A stretch of DNA of 61,516 nt, counting the filler, from Sphacelaria rigidula (taxonomy: Eukaryota), in assembly GCA_964200075.2 (NCBI GenBank). It is 3 parts of 3 records of this genome, joined end to end, with 100 filler letters (N's around TTAATTAATTAA, not from the genome) between each part and the next. Parts side by side here need not be neighbours in the genome. Positions count along the whole stretch, not along the records: positions 1 to 20,461 come from CAXNAA020000529.1; positions 20,562 to 41,016 come from CAXNAA020000530.1; 1 more part is not named here. One strand, written 5' to 3'. The position numbers were made by a program, and so were the translations under genes. Below, in pieces: positions 12,325-24,756 of this stretch; positions within the stretch are counted from its first letter, which is position 1, and every line of letters begins with the position of its first letter. Under the pieces are notes generated by a model. That model did not search any database. It was not told where the DNA came from and saw nothing but the letters and a program-made list of their open reading frames with translations.

Positions 12325-12543
12325 GTATGAGGGGGTGCGCTCTCCCGGCGCAGCCGCAGCAGGCGCTAGCGATGGTACTGGGAACGACCCCATCGCAAGC
12401 GCGGACAGTGATGAGCACCACATACGACGGGTTATGGATATTGCAAGGCATGCAACGGCGGCGGCGGCGGCGGCTGGTTCGCAGTCGGTGGGGACGAGAA
12501 GTGGTGGTGCGAGAGGAATACCGGGCCGACCGAGGACGGGAAG
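12325..12543 (+). CDS. Unknown gene A exon (YEGVRSPG...RPRTG)
   Basis: Acceptor CTAAG|, donor AG|GTGGAG; phase 2 to 2. Confidence 0.6.
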
Positions 12544-13364
12544 GTGGAGATGAGCGTCGTGTCGGGTCTCCCTCCTTATTCACGCAACTTACGCACAGTG
12601 TGAAATATATGTATACATGCTACAAGAGCGCATAGATTCATACTTCCTCTGTCTCATAAGTCTGTGCAGTTATGTTTGTATGAGCCCTTAACGATGTCCA
12701 ATTTGATTCTCGATTCTTTGGCTGCATTCGTTGGCGTTTTGTGAGCTAAAGACAATACTGTTTCTTCAACATGGGTGCTTGACTCGTGCAGACTCGCGAC
12801 CGAAAACAAATGAGTCGGTCAAAATTTGGGCATTTTTCGCTTTTTCCCCAGTGAACCACAGCAAACCCGGAAATCGCGAAAAATCGTGAAAAAAATGGGA
12901 AAATCGCAAAACCATCACTGATTTGGATATCTCCGTGACGTCAACCTACGCACGCTCCATCTGACAATTTTTCAGCATGTTTCGCTAGTGCTCGACGTAA
13001 AAACGCTCAAAATCGGTCAACATTGGGGTATAAGTGGACCAAAAAGGGCCAAAATGGGGTATATTTTGACCTAGTTTTAGTGTACAAGATCATCTCCGAT
13101 TTTTTTTCTTAGTGAGCTTCGTATGCGTTTTGTCTCTCTAGCGCACCCGGTCAAAGGCTAAACGTAAAAGTATAAGTACCTTTACGACTAAGCGCCCATA
13201 ACTGCACAGACTTATGATACAGAGGAAGTATATATATAGTGCCCACCAGGTCTCGGCTTTGAGGCGAATGCTTTCACTTGTTGTCGACGGATAAACCCTT
13301 GCGTTTCGTTCTTTCGAGTGAACAGCAAAGACATGACGTTTCAGGCGAAACTTGTACCACGCAG

Positions 13365-13455
13365 CATGAAGAGGACGCCAATGTATACTGACTCTACGTA
13401 CGTGCTCCATACTTTTTTTATGGGACATCCTGTCCAACTCGATGCGATGGGCAAG
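13365..13455 (+). CDS. Unknown gene A exon (MKRTPMYTDSTYVLHTFFMGHPVQLDAMGK)
   Basis: Acceptor CGCAG|, donor AAG|GTATTA; phase 2 in, 0 out. Confidence 0.65.
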
Positions 13456-15103
13456 GTATTACGTGAGCTATCAGTCCGACATGAAACCATCTACGAGTAT
13501 TATTTTGCCCTACATATTTCTCGTCGCAAATTGTTGTATTGGATCTTATTCCTATACAAGGTCTTAGCCCTTTCGTACGGCAGGGAAAACGCGTGTTGGT
13601 GATTTTCATTATCGATTTCTCGAAGGTTTGGATCTTAAACTTCCGAAAACGCTCGTTTGAAGGCAGATTTCGTATCATATCACGGTGCCATTAACATCAC
13701 AATCTCCGGAAGAAGCTGAGTTTGAAGCGTGTACCATCCGATGTAATGTACTCCGTAAGCAACGGCATTCAAGGTACCGTTTCGGCCCACCACTAGTATG
13801 CCGCATTTATTTGGACCACATTTCACAGATGACGTTTGTATAGGCGCCGGCAAATATAGTTTTTGCCATAGCATGGTGCCTTAGTGTTCCCGCTGGGCTC
13901 CCTTATTTTCGTGGTGGGGGTGATGCGGGCGAATTGCGTGCTGACATACGAAGTACGTATTTAATACGCTAGTTTACCGTTTACATCTTTCTTTTTGTAA
14001 CGGGATCGTGGTGAAATCTCCGTACTCCTCACGCGCACGGGATGTCGATGATGCTGTGAATTGATTTATGATCGGTTGTCGTAGGTTAACTGATTCCCAA
14101 GACATTCAGCCGTGGTCGCTATTCACAGGATGGATGTAACTAAGGGAAGCAGCGTGGAAACACTTGGTGAATGAAAAAAAAGATTAATCAAGAACAAAAC
14201 CTCAAAGACAGTACAAAACGAAATAACCGACAAAAGGGACACAGAAGTGAAAAAAAAGAAAAGAGCAAGCAGGGCAACAATGGCAAGGAAAGTACAGGGA
14301 GAAAAAAAGGACAAGGAAAACCAGAATGAGTGGTGTGGATGAAAAGTAATAAAGTAAAAGTAGAAATGCTACAGTATGTAAATCACAAAACATGATCAAT
14401 TGTGTACTGAAAAATTGGAACATGATGTTTCTGTGTTTACGATCTTGACTCGAGACTCTCACAGGGCTCAGAACTGCGTCTTCTGATTCCTAAGCAGGCC
14501 AGGTATAATGCCCCCTCCAGCAAGTAGGCACGCGTAAGGTACAACTACAATGCGCCGCGCGCAACTAGAGATCCTTCGAGGAATCCCCGGAAGAGAGTAC
14601 TACGACGGAGGAACATCGTATATGAAACTGAATTTTCGTATTTGCGTTCTTTTTAGAAGCGCGGGAACATGTACAGACGGTGGTGTTTTCCATTCGCCTT
14701 GAGGTTCCCGCCTACTTGTACCTGTAACCACGGTTGGGCCCCTCGGGGGTCAGTTATGTGCGACAATCAATCAATCGAATCGTTATAAGGAAAGAAACTC
14801 ATATTGGTGTGAAGGTGAAGACTTGAGATCCGTGAGAATGCTGGGCCTTTCGTCGGCGAGTAAATATGGATAGGGTCGGAGCGAAGGATTCGCTCGAGAT
14901 TTTTTCATAGAACCCAGGTTTTTGGAGGCGGAACTCAGAACCAGTTCCAACAAGAGACAGGCCTTCGAAACGCATCCCCTATTGGGGATTAAGCGTCGCG
15001 AAAATCGGGAACAGGAGTTGACTGCTGGAGCTCCTCGGAACTAGCTGACAAACCGAAACGTTTAGTTTCGAGTGGAATCATGCTACAATAGGGGGGGAGG
15101 AAG

Positions 15104-15192
15104 GGGTACTCATTTGTTGTTTGCCTTACTCGTTTGACCGTTGACTACGCATCCCTTTCGAGACGGAGCACCGTTCCTACTCCTAACAGACA
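15104..15192 (-). mobile_element. Extreme 3' end of a LINE-like element
   Basis: Minus strand reads SVRSRNGAPSRKGCVVNGQTSKANNK* then GTACCCC and a C-rich tail; copies at ~49078-49157 (+) and ~53407-53492 (-). Confidence 0.65.
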
Positions 15193-16221
15193 TACCTTCA
15201 ACATTCTGGCGCTGATTCCGTTTCTTCCATACATTGCACAAAAACGTTTTGCATATCTTATCCCCTTCCTGTTTCGCCGTCTGTGGCCACTATCTGTCGA
15301 TTGGGGGGGAGGGGGAGGGTTGGGTCGTTTTCTTGCACGAAACTCCACTTCAATCGCCGTTGAAAACAGCCAACAGTTGTTCGAACACGCTTGCTCCCGA
15401 TAAATAACGCTCATTCATAGTGCTTTACATCGCTTTTACCAAAATACAAGCGCACCGCCAGTGTTACATACGTCTTTTGACGCATCTATGAGCATATTTT
15501 TTCGTGGAATCGAACCCCCCCCTATCGGTGCATGGCTCAGTGAATCGTTATTTCCCCCCACTTGTTTTGTTCATGAGATCGTTTTGCGCCATCGTTTGCC
15601 GTCGAAGTATCAAGTATGCCGCTGATTAAGTACTGGCTTTTCATGTCGGGCCGGAGCCGGATACTTGACTCATTACGAAGGACATCCACATTTTTTTTCT
15701 ATTTTCCGTTTGTGTTTTGATACCTTCTCATCGATTGGCCAATTTGAGCCATCGTGTGCCCTTCATATCTTATCGTGAAGCACACTATTATTGGAGAAGA
15801 TACGGAAATACCACTTTTCAGAGGATATCTCCGAGAAGCACACATGAACATTCACTTTGTTTCGCCGAGTTTCATTATCAATCGCAACTATACCTCTGGC
15901 CGCCAGGGTGGGCCATCTGATCAATCGGCACCATTTTCACTTGAAAAAAAAAGTAGAATCCGGATTGTTTCTGAAGTTGAATATTCGACGAGAAATCGGC
16001 AGAGGTCATGTGCTCTGCTCCTCCTTAGTTGTTGTGATTGAACGTCGGTACGAAGCGTACACGGCAGCTTCCGGCAGTAGTTTCCGAACATCCGCGGATA
16101 TCGATAGCAGCCGCGGTGAAAAGGACGACCGAGATTTACTTCATCGCCGCTTTCATCCCCCATGTGTGCCGCATTTCTGTGCGCATGTTATCGCAGAGCA
16201 AACGAATACACGCTTGCGCAG

Positions 16222-16359
16222 GTGCACGTCTGCTTCGACGCCCTCGATTCGGTGGTGGAGAAGCGAAAGGCGACTGTAGATGAAAGGACCAGCCGCGAGA
16301 TACAACTTCTCGCGCGCGGGGCTTGGAATAGCATTCACAAGGCGATCACTACCGATAAG
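16222..16359 (+). CDS. Unknown gene A exon (VHVCFDALDSVV...AITTDK), GC donor
   Basis: Acceptor CGCAG|; best donor AAG|GCAAGC; phase 0 to 0. Confidence 0.6.
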
Positions 16360-18654
16360 GCAAGCACACTGGGGCGACGCTGTTCAAGCCTGTGGGGTAG
16401 CAAAGCAGTCGGTGTAATCCATCCATGGATGGCGCAAATACAAACCGTGTGTATGTTGCTCGAATTCATCTTCGAAGATTCTTGGAGTACAGGCACCCTC
16501 CTTGCTCCGCAGGCAACGAGTCGAGAAAAATCGCCCGGCAAATGTGGAAGAATGTTACATGCCTCAGAAAAGGTCTACTGTTAATGTCAAAAATGTGCCC
16601 ACACGTCGAGTTTCTGTCGTGTTCGACCACCTCACCAGCCTGGTGGAGTCACCGGCCCTGCAGCGGGCGACTTGACGAAGCGTCATCTAGCCGCTAGGGA
16701 GTTTGCACCGTGTGTGTATTTTCAGTATAGAAATGTGAGAATTACGTCGCGTGGAAACCTTCACCGGCCATTATGGGGCTCCAGGCTGTGAAGTGAAACT
16801 CGCGCGAGGACTTTTGACAGAATGTGCAGGGTGTCGCCGGTGCCGACTAGGCAGTTACGGCCACTCCGGGAACATTTAGCAGGCTAGACGAACATCCGGA
16901 TATGACATCCGACATCAAAACATCTTTAGAGTTGTAACGGCTGGGGTTCTCACGACTAATAAATATATATATATATATATAAATCTATATATTGTTAGAG
17001 CGTGTTTGAGTTTCGTTTTTGTTGAGTAAGTCTATCATGAGACCACGGCTGGACCCCGGGGGGGTCAGTTAAAGTGCGACAATCAATCATCATCAATCAA
17101 CAAAAATCATCAATCAATATACAAAACTATACCCCGAAACTCGGTGCGATCCCTTCGTGATACTCGTTGGTTATTCACTTATCTTGCATTTCCCCGAAGA
17201 TTATTTTCGTAACTGACGTGACTAGCGACCAGCGTTCCGCAAAAGTCGACATTTCTCAGCGAAACATTTTCCCGAGGTTTTTTTCTACGGTCCCCCAAGG
17301 GCGAGGATGGCCGTTTCCCCCTACAGTGAGTCGCTCCACTTATGTCAGACGAAGCTCCGACGGCAGCATGTGTTGCAAAGCCTCGGTGGGTCTGGCAAAT
17401 GTCAGTGCATCGTGAAAAGTAGCTTACCGATTTTTTGCTCAGCAGGCCCAGTGTGAAGGGAAGAAACTGGTCAAGAGCGCAGTCAGTTTTGTCAAAATTC
17501 CAAAATCCTTGAAACAGATATGTGTTTCATGTGATCATTGCGCAGGAGGCGTTCCTGTCTCCAATCCTCACCAAGGAAATCCAATCGTTTTTTTCCTTGT
17601 TGGTTCATCCATGAATATACTTCGAGCGTCGAGCCCTAAAATGCGGAGTTTGAAGCTATCGTGAGGGGGTCGCTGACGACGATGGAAGGTCTGTGACGGA
17701 AAGCTCACCATAGAACACTTGCGTAAAAACATGCAACAGGAACAGCGACTAACGCCTCTTCATCCCGCGCCATGTACTCAAACCATTCATCCTCCAGTTG
17801 GTCTCCACTATTTCAGGCGTCAACAAGCGGAAGAGAAATACGGAAAGCCGGTCTTCATGTCAAGATGACTCCAGCTCCTGCGTAATGTCCAGCGATCGCA
17901 CGGAAGAACCGCCTCTAGCCGACATCATCGCCAACATTATATCGTCGGCAAAGTTTTCTTCATCATCCTTGCCTTCAGCGGTGGGAAAAGAGGAGAGAGT
18001 GCGGTCACCCTACGCGGAGACGGAATCAGGACGAATGTGTGGAGACCTTAGACTCAACGTCGTTCCTTCCTCTGCGTCCAAGAGATTCCACTTCATCGGC
18101 GTGGCGTTCAGGCGTGTCACAGACATTAAGGTGAAAACTTCAGCAGCTGGACACACGCTGAACGTTTTGATGTGCAAAATTGATGCACAGTTTCGAAAAA
18201 GTAGGCGACAGGTGCACGTCGGCGTGCCGCGAAATAAGTTTTTGCCAAGTGGCATGTTGAGTTCGTATCATCGGTCAGCCGATATACCGCTTCGGAAACC
18301 TGGCGCGGCTATAATAAACGCCAGTCTTTTACCTCCCAAAGTCCACCCAGGTGCAAGAAGAAACAGTCCTTTTTGCCCTCCTGGCCATCGCACGATGTTT
18401 GTGTTCTTAATCGCTGAAGAAACCACCGCCGGAAGAATTTCCCGTATTTCTCGTTATCTTTCGTTTTGCGCTCTTTTCGCTTGCTTCCCTTGTCGAGTAC
18501 AGGCTCTCGGGGGAGTTCACAGCACCCTGCCCTGTCATACCAGCGTGCTCAAAGACCATAAGGGCAGATAGAGCAGTAAGAGTAGGAGCGGGAACCTCTC
18601 TCTTTCCCAAAGCATTTAGCTCGCGTGCTGCTCTTGTCTTCTCGTGTAATGCAG

Positions 18655-18720
18655 GTCCTCGACCGAGTTCTGCGCACCGTGGAGTCCTGGACAACCGGAG
18701 GTAACAACGTCCGCGAGAAG
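18655..18720 (+). CDS. Unknown gene A exon (VLDRVLRTVESWTTGGNNVREK)
   Basis: Acceptor TGCAG|, donor AAG|GTGGGC; phase 0 to 0. Confidence 0.6.
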
Positions 18721-19509
18721 GTGGGCGGAAATCAAGCGTTTCCGCCGTTTGGAGAAGGCGTGATGTCGAGAGTTCCAGAGTGGTGGTGGGGACAAAATGG
18801 CCAACGAGTGTTGGATCTCATGTATGGCGAGAGAAAGGCGTTGCAGAGGAAACGGTGAGGCGGCAACGAGTGCGTCTTGGCTTGAGCTTAGTCCGCTATA
18901 AACCAGAACACGCGTTGTTGCGTGATTTCGAGTTACTGCCTGTAGTGGATGTGTTTCGTGTGTTACTGTTCCAGCGTTGTGAACGGAAATATTTGCTTGG
19001 TCCTTCGACCTTCGCTTCCAAGCTTTCCGGTATAGTTTTTATTATGAGGATTGCAACTGGGAACAACTGAGAAAATCGAGGGCGCCGTAGTACAGGACGG
19101 ATCAAATCCACAGTTTCCGAATTTTATTCGATGCTTGGTTACGTTGTGCTCTTTTGTTTTTTTTCAAGACGAGGTCACACACACAGTTTACCTTTTCTGT
19201 GGATGTCTGCACGTTGTTGCGCTCAAGACTTCCTATGCGACTTGTCGTATAAAGTTGGTATTATGGTGATTGCGGGACGTGCATACCACTAGTACCCTTT
19301 ACCGGGGCCTCGTCGCGTCCGTATATGGCATGTGCACGTTTTTATTTTGGTTTATACAGTAATCGCCGAGGGTGTCATACTCTTTCAAAACTCTGTATGG
19401 CGTACACATGGACACGATGATGCCGACAGAGTGCACTAAATTCGTAAACTTTACGGACCAGATCGGCAACGCATACATGCAGCTTGAGCGGGCATTTTGA
19501 TTCTATCAG

Positions 19510-19551
19510 GTGGTTGAGAAATGGTATAACTACAGTTTGTTCTGGATTACG
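19510..19551 (+). CDS. Unknown gene A candidate small exon (VVEKWYNYSLFWIT)
   Basis: ATCAG| ... ACG|GTATAT, phase 0 to 0; the following intron would be only 77 nt. Confidence 0.35.
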
Positions 19552-19628
19552 GTATATACTATGCCTACAGTCGCGCTACGCTGAAAACCTCCAGATAAGT
19601 AACTCCATGACGTGGTGATGAAGCGCAG

Positions 19629-19694
19629 GTGTCAGCACCTGCCCCCGCGTGTGTTGATCAGGCATCACAACAATCACTTTGGAGTCATGCTAAG
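19629..19694 (+). CDS. Unknown gene A candidate exon (VSAPAPACVDQASQQSLWSHAK)
   Basis: CGCAG| ... AAG|GTAGGG, phase 0 to 0; the gene has no stop before the contig end. Confidence 0.45.
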
Positions 19695-19959
19695 GTAGGG
19701 GCTGTACGTTTGGGCCCAAATCTTTTTCACTCAGGAGCCCCTGAAGTTAGGAGCTGCGCAAGAATATCGGTCAGGACACTCCCGTTTCCAATTTCGTTCC
19801 CTAGCTCATTGGACTGCTAATCGTGACGTGCTCTGACATATTTCAGAAGTGTTTTTTCGGATGAGATAGGGCATTTGTAACACTTCGAATCTAAGAAAGT
19901 ATTTGTCCACTCCTACTGGAGCACCACTCTCTGAAACACAGGATTTTACATCTCGGGGA

Positions 19960-20461
19960 TGGATTTTTTATTGGGGATGAGAACCCGGAGAATCAAAACC
20001 TTCGTATCCGCACCAAATCTTCGGAATATGGTTCCACTTTTTCACTTACTTGTAGCTATTGACAACTACTACACGCCATACGAAGTTGGATTCCGATAAC
20101 GGAAATGTTGGGGGCCTAGGTCAAACACCGGTTTTGCGGAATTCAGGTGATCCGATCAGACCCCAAAATTGTTTTTCGACCCAGGACCCCGACATTTCGG
20201 TTGTCGAAATCCAATTTTCTATGGCATGTAGTAGTTGTCAATAGCTACCAGCAAGTGAAGAAACGGGACCATATTTCGAAGATGAGTATGGATACGAATG
20301 TTTTAGACACTTTCTACGATAGCCCCCCCCCCAGAACCAGCCAAGAATGTCACGAAAAAAATGGCCATAGAGCGCCTGATGTTCGGGTTCAGGTTGCATG
20401 AAGCGTCTCATATTGGCGACATTGGCTAAAACAAACCCAAGCGTGGGAATTCCCAGCTTCT
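19960..20461. mobile_element. Foldback MITE copy interrupted at 20306 by a G-tract MITE running into the contig end
   Basis: 19960-20305 matches 9311-9665; 20306-20461 matches 4891-5052. Confidence 0.75.
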
Positions 20462-20561
20462 NNNNNNNNNNNNNNNNNNNNNNNNNNNNNNNNNNNNNNN
20501 NNNNNTTAATTAATTAANNNNNNNNNNNNNNNNNNNNNNNNNNNNNNNNNNNNNNNNNNNN
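20462..20561. other. Artificial contig linker
   Basis: 44 N + TTAATTAATTAA (stop in all six frames) + 44 N. Confidence 0.98.
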
Positions 20562-20967
20562 GAAGAAATCGTGAATTTGGTGATTTTGAGTCGTGATGAT
20601 TTGTCCTAACCGTGCACTCTTTGGTGTGTGTGTGTGTGTGTGTGCACGGGCGTGTTTTGTGTCCGTTTGTCTTCACTGGGGTAAAGAGCAGTAAAGTCTC
20701 TTGATCTGGTGAACATATATTCACGTATCGTACAACAATCGCCTGCTTGTTTTGTTTCTTCAGTCCCCTATCTGTCTGTTCTACCTTCGTGTATTATCTA
20801 AGCTGTCCTTCAGCGACTGTTTCCGTTGTGTTCACCTCGGGGTACATCTACCTTCTGGATGATGACCAGCTGGGTCCCTCGAAGATCAGTCAATATACGA
20901 CAACCAACCAATCAAATCAATCGCGAGCCACACTTCAAATTTCGAGTGAACTCATTTTCATGTACAG

Positions 20968-21265
20968 CGTCCGGTGGTGTAATGGTCCGACTGTTGCCAT
21001 TAGGGTGGAGAACGGGGGTTGGATTCCCGATGCGTTGGGTTTTTTCTTCGTAATGTTAGATTTCCATCGTGGAAAGCGTGAGAACGTGAGTAAACAAATA
21101 GTCGACTGAGTTTTTTTGACGTGAGTTGACGCGGTGAGGGACGGCTGACCCAATCCGCGAGACCAAAATGAAAGGCACGTACCGGGGGAGAGATGGGTTG
21201 ATCCCTTGAGACCACGGACTCATCTCGAGGAAGGGGAAGGGTTCAAACTGTGAAAAAAAAGAAGC
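20968..21265 (+). mobile_element. tRNA-derived SINE, family B
   Basis: A-box-like TGGTGTAATGG, B-box-like GGTTGGATTCC, A-rich end; second copy at ~42960-43240, fragment at ~22655-22725. Confidence 0.7.
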
Positions 21266-21284
21266 AATCGACAACGGCACACAC

Positions 21285-21368
21285 CTTGGTACATATCGTG
21301 TTGAACACCGCGTCCAGCTTCACGGGCGCCCTATCGCCCCCCTGCGTCCGAGCCTTCCTGCGCTGCAT
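21285..21368 (-). CDS. ZCCHC17: ZCCHC17-like exon (MQRRKARTQGGDRAPVKLDAVFNTICTK), start of the zinc knuckle
   Basis: CTCAG| ... AAG|GTGTGT, phase 0 to 0; resembles the ZCCHC17 segment ITLEAVLNTTCKK; no following CGxxGH exon was found in this contig. Confidence 0.8.
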
Positions 21369-22944
21369 CTGAGCGGGCGAGAGAAGAATGCAGGAAAGCA
21401 GAGCACCACTGACAAATCACACATTCGAACGACGCCTTACGATAGGATGCATCCTTATTATTAGAGAGTTCCGGAAAATTTTGTTTCTGATCATAGAGTC
21501 GGAGTGCAGAGTGGAAGCGTTGAAACGTCAGAGTGGACGCTAAAAAGTTCATAGCGGAAGCTGATGTGACGTGGCTTGATGTGGACTTTTTCCCCCTGCA
21601 GTGATTGGCCGCAGGTTGTGCAGCCAAATCAATCTGCGATCGCCCAGCGTGCAGTCAGGTGCAGTTCGAAAATGCACCAGTCAAGACAGCATTTGCTGTA
21701 CCATACCCTGCGGCATCGTACGTGCCGTACACCACGCTTCATTGCACCTGTAGTACTTCAATCCACCACGGTGCACCACAGGGTACGGTAGGGCTGTAGG
21801 GCTGTGCAGTGTAGAGTACAACCATTGCAGTGTAGAGAGTGCATTGCAGAACCCTACAACAGTACATCGCAGTACGGTGAACTACAGCGATGCCGTACGG
21901 ACTGTCAGTTGTACAATAATACAGCAGTACAGTAGTAGGCAGCACTTTCAAACAACAGACAAGGCCGCGTTGTGATGATTTCCCAACATGCCACCCATAA
22001 TGTGGTGCAAGAAGTCATGACCTCTAACGAGACGGCAATGTAGCCAGGTGTAGTACTGCTTGTACGGTGTAGACTACGAATCGTTCACACCGTCTTCTTA
22101 CCGCTGAGGCTGGCAAGAGTGAGGAACTGCACCCAAGGGCAACGTGTGCCCGTCGAGCATTTGAATATTCACGCAACACAAGCAAGCGAATGCTGACACC
22201 ATGGCGTCAGGCAGGTCTTCTGATCGCCATGCCAAGCTTTTCTACTTCGTGAACGGCCCATTGTGATGAGTATGGCAGTTTTGATGGATGATGAATGTCC
22301 CACTTTGCTTGTTAGGGTGTGTTGACTTTGAACTGGACGTGACCATGGCGGTGAAGGTGGGCGTGGTTGTTCTTCATTCCACTATGAGCTCTGAAGAGGA
22401 ACGACGGTTTTCAGAGTGAAGTGGTGCAAACGGCACTCTGACTCTGAAAAAATCGCTCTGAAAAAAACTTCATAGCAGAAAGTGCACCGTTACCGGCTAT
22501 TTTTCCTTCCACCCTGACTCCAAGATTTGAAAAAACGTTGTCCGAAACTCTCTCTTGTCCTAATTAGTATATGTTTGTCACATTGTTATAGCTCGATCTC
22601 TCGAACCCGTGATCACAAAGGCATAAACCACACAAAAACACTTCGTGCAGCAATTGAGGGATGGGTTGATCCCTAGACACTACTGGCTCGTGCCTGGGCA
22701 AGGGAAGAAACGAGAAGTGAAAACAAACCAGCAAATCTAGTAAAATCCACACACATCTCCACACCCTGGTTTGAAAAACTAGTTAAAAAGTCTACGACAA
22801 AAAAAAAAAAAGTCAAGTCACACCTGGATTGTGCGGTACGACTTTTGCAACGTAGCTTCCAACTTCCGTCATAATCTTCATCTATTGGCAGTGTGTTCAA
22901 CTTCTTGATTTTTTTTCATTTTCACGACTGCCGGTCTGTCGAGT

Positions 22945-23180
22945 GTTCTATCCCATCTATTATGGACGCCAGTCTACACCTTTCGGTACATGTGGACGCA
23001 TCAGCCGAGGTCACAGACGAGGAAGGCCGCACACAGAACTTATTATTCTCCAACTTTGTTCTAGTACCTCACTTTACTTCTGCTGTGCTTGCCCGAGAGT
23101 TTTTTCTTTCATCTTTTTCGCGAGAGGGGGTTCAGCGGTCCCTTTCCCTCGTCAACTGTGAAGTCGAACGTGTGCACGAA
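22945..23180 (-). mobile_element. 5'-truncated SINE family A copy
   Basis: Matches 31590-31800 and 50905-51130. Confidence 0.65.
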
Positions 23181-23345
23181 TCAGAATGTTACCGGAAATA
23201 CACTATGGTTGGCATACAACATGATTGATTCACTATCATACACATTTACGTTTTTTTTTTTTCTTTCTAATCACGATAGCACACACTTCTCGCCACGTCG
23301 TGTGTCAAAGACATACAACACCAGGCACCGCCGATACACACGCAC

Positions 23346-23465
23346 ATCGGTCTCCGCCTCGGCGTTGGAAGCATCAAGATCTTCGCCCGTGCCCTGGTTC
23401 ACTAGTTTCATGGACAGAGAGATCCGTTGTTGTCGGGGGTCTTTGCTGTCCGTCACCTCACTAAC
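23346..23465 (-). CDS. ZCCHC17: ZCCHC17-like exon (VSEVTD...RISLSMKLVNQGTGEDLDASN...)
   Basis: CCAG| ... GAT|GTGCGT; signature SLSMKxVNQGTGxDLD at the end of the S1 domain. Confidence 0.9.
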
Positions 23466-23562
23466 CTGGCGTACGGGCGGTTGATTCCGGTTTTGATACG
23501 ACAAAAAAAACGTAAGTAAGGAGAACAAGAAACAAAAGGAGATCTAACAAGGAAGAAAACAG

Positions 23563-24193
23563 AGGGGGTGCACTGTACCTATAATAATGATTTTGCATGC
23601 CGTAGTCATGTTGTACATCATTGGCCTCGCATCCCTACAAAGCCGAGACGGAGCACACCAAGTTTTCGCCGGACCAGGCTCGCAATCAACAAGCGCAAAG
23701 CGCCGTGGTGTGTTCAGCGAGTGGCATGAAGGGTGAGCTGCATCCTGCTATGATTGTTCGGCCCGGAGCGAACTGATATTGCATATGGATGATGACCTAC
23801 AGTGACTACGTTCATTTTTTGGAATCGTCACTTCGGGGCGAGGGGGAAGGGGAGGGGGGGGGGGGGGGAGGCATGATCTTGCATGTCATACTCATGAGAC
23901 CATTGACCTCGCATCCTTATAAAGCCGGGACGGACCACGTCGGCTTTCCGCCGGACCAGGCTCGCACTCAATCACCAAGCGCGAAGCGCCAGGATGTATT
24001 CGGTGAGTCGCACGAAGGGTGAGCTGCATCCTGCTAGGATTGTTCGGCCCGAAACCTACTGATTATCTTGCATTTGGATGACAAGCCTTCAATGAGTCGC
24101 TTGATGACAAGCCTCCAATGAGTCGCTTCATTTTCTGGTATAGCCATTTCCAGATACAGCCACGGCTTATACAATACCCCATGGATGTCTCAC
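23563..24193 (-). mobile_element. Two tandem copies of the ~310-bp LINE-tail element
   Basis: ~23563-23830 (partial) and ~23840-24193 both match the reverse complement of 36165-36476. Confidence 0.75.
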
Positions 24194-24522
24194 CATTTAA
24201 ACGCTACGTAGCATGATCATTTCCTTAAAACTTCCGGGTTTACGCACTGTGTCACTAACTGATCTCTGTCAAATTGCTCTTGGCGGGTTACGTACGTCAT
24301 TTCATGATGGGAGGCGTTCCAGGAAGCAGCAGGAAGCAAGCGTTACAGCACAAGACAAGTTAGCCTGACGACACCAACAGTTCAAGTTCGATACACGCGA
24401 CTACCAGCAATAGCAGCAACAACCAACAACAATAGAAACAACAACTTCACGCTGCCTGTACACCTTGACGCGTACGCTAATCTACCTTTCTGCTGCACAT
24501 GCGAGTCGGATCCAACAACAAG

Positions 24523-24554
<32 letters not shown>

Positions 24555-24618
24555 CAACATCAAAAACAACTACCCACACCACCACCCTCAACACCATCAT
24601 GCATGCCAACCCATGTAC

Positions 24619-24756
24619 CTTGACGTATATCGAGTCACCCTCCCTGCACACGTCCGTGGGATCTTCAACGCGATAGCTGGCCATCTGGCTCAAGTGCACC
24701 AGCCCGTCCTTGCTGTATCCATCAAGCCTCACAAACGCCCCGAGTGTTGGTTGTAT
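24619..24756 (-). CDS. ZCCHC17: ZCCHC17-like exon, S1 domain core (IQPTLGAFVRLDGYSKDGLVHLSQM...IYVK)
   Basis: GAAG| ... AAG|GTACAT; S1 motif GAFV...GLVH.S. Confidence 0.92.

Noticed and set aside
14464..14501. Possible extra exon of gene A (GSELRLLIPKQA)
   Set aside because: Its GT donors are in phase 2 and do not fit the phase-0 acceptor at 16222; the chain is consistent without it.
20506..20724. ORF running into Ns
   Set aside because: Artefact of the linker.
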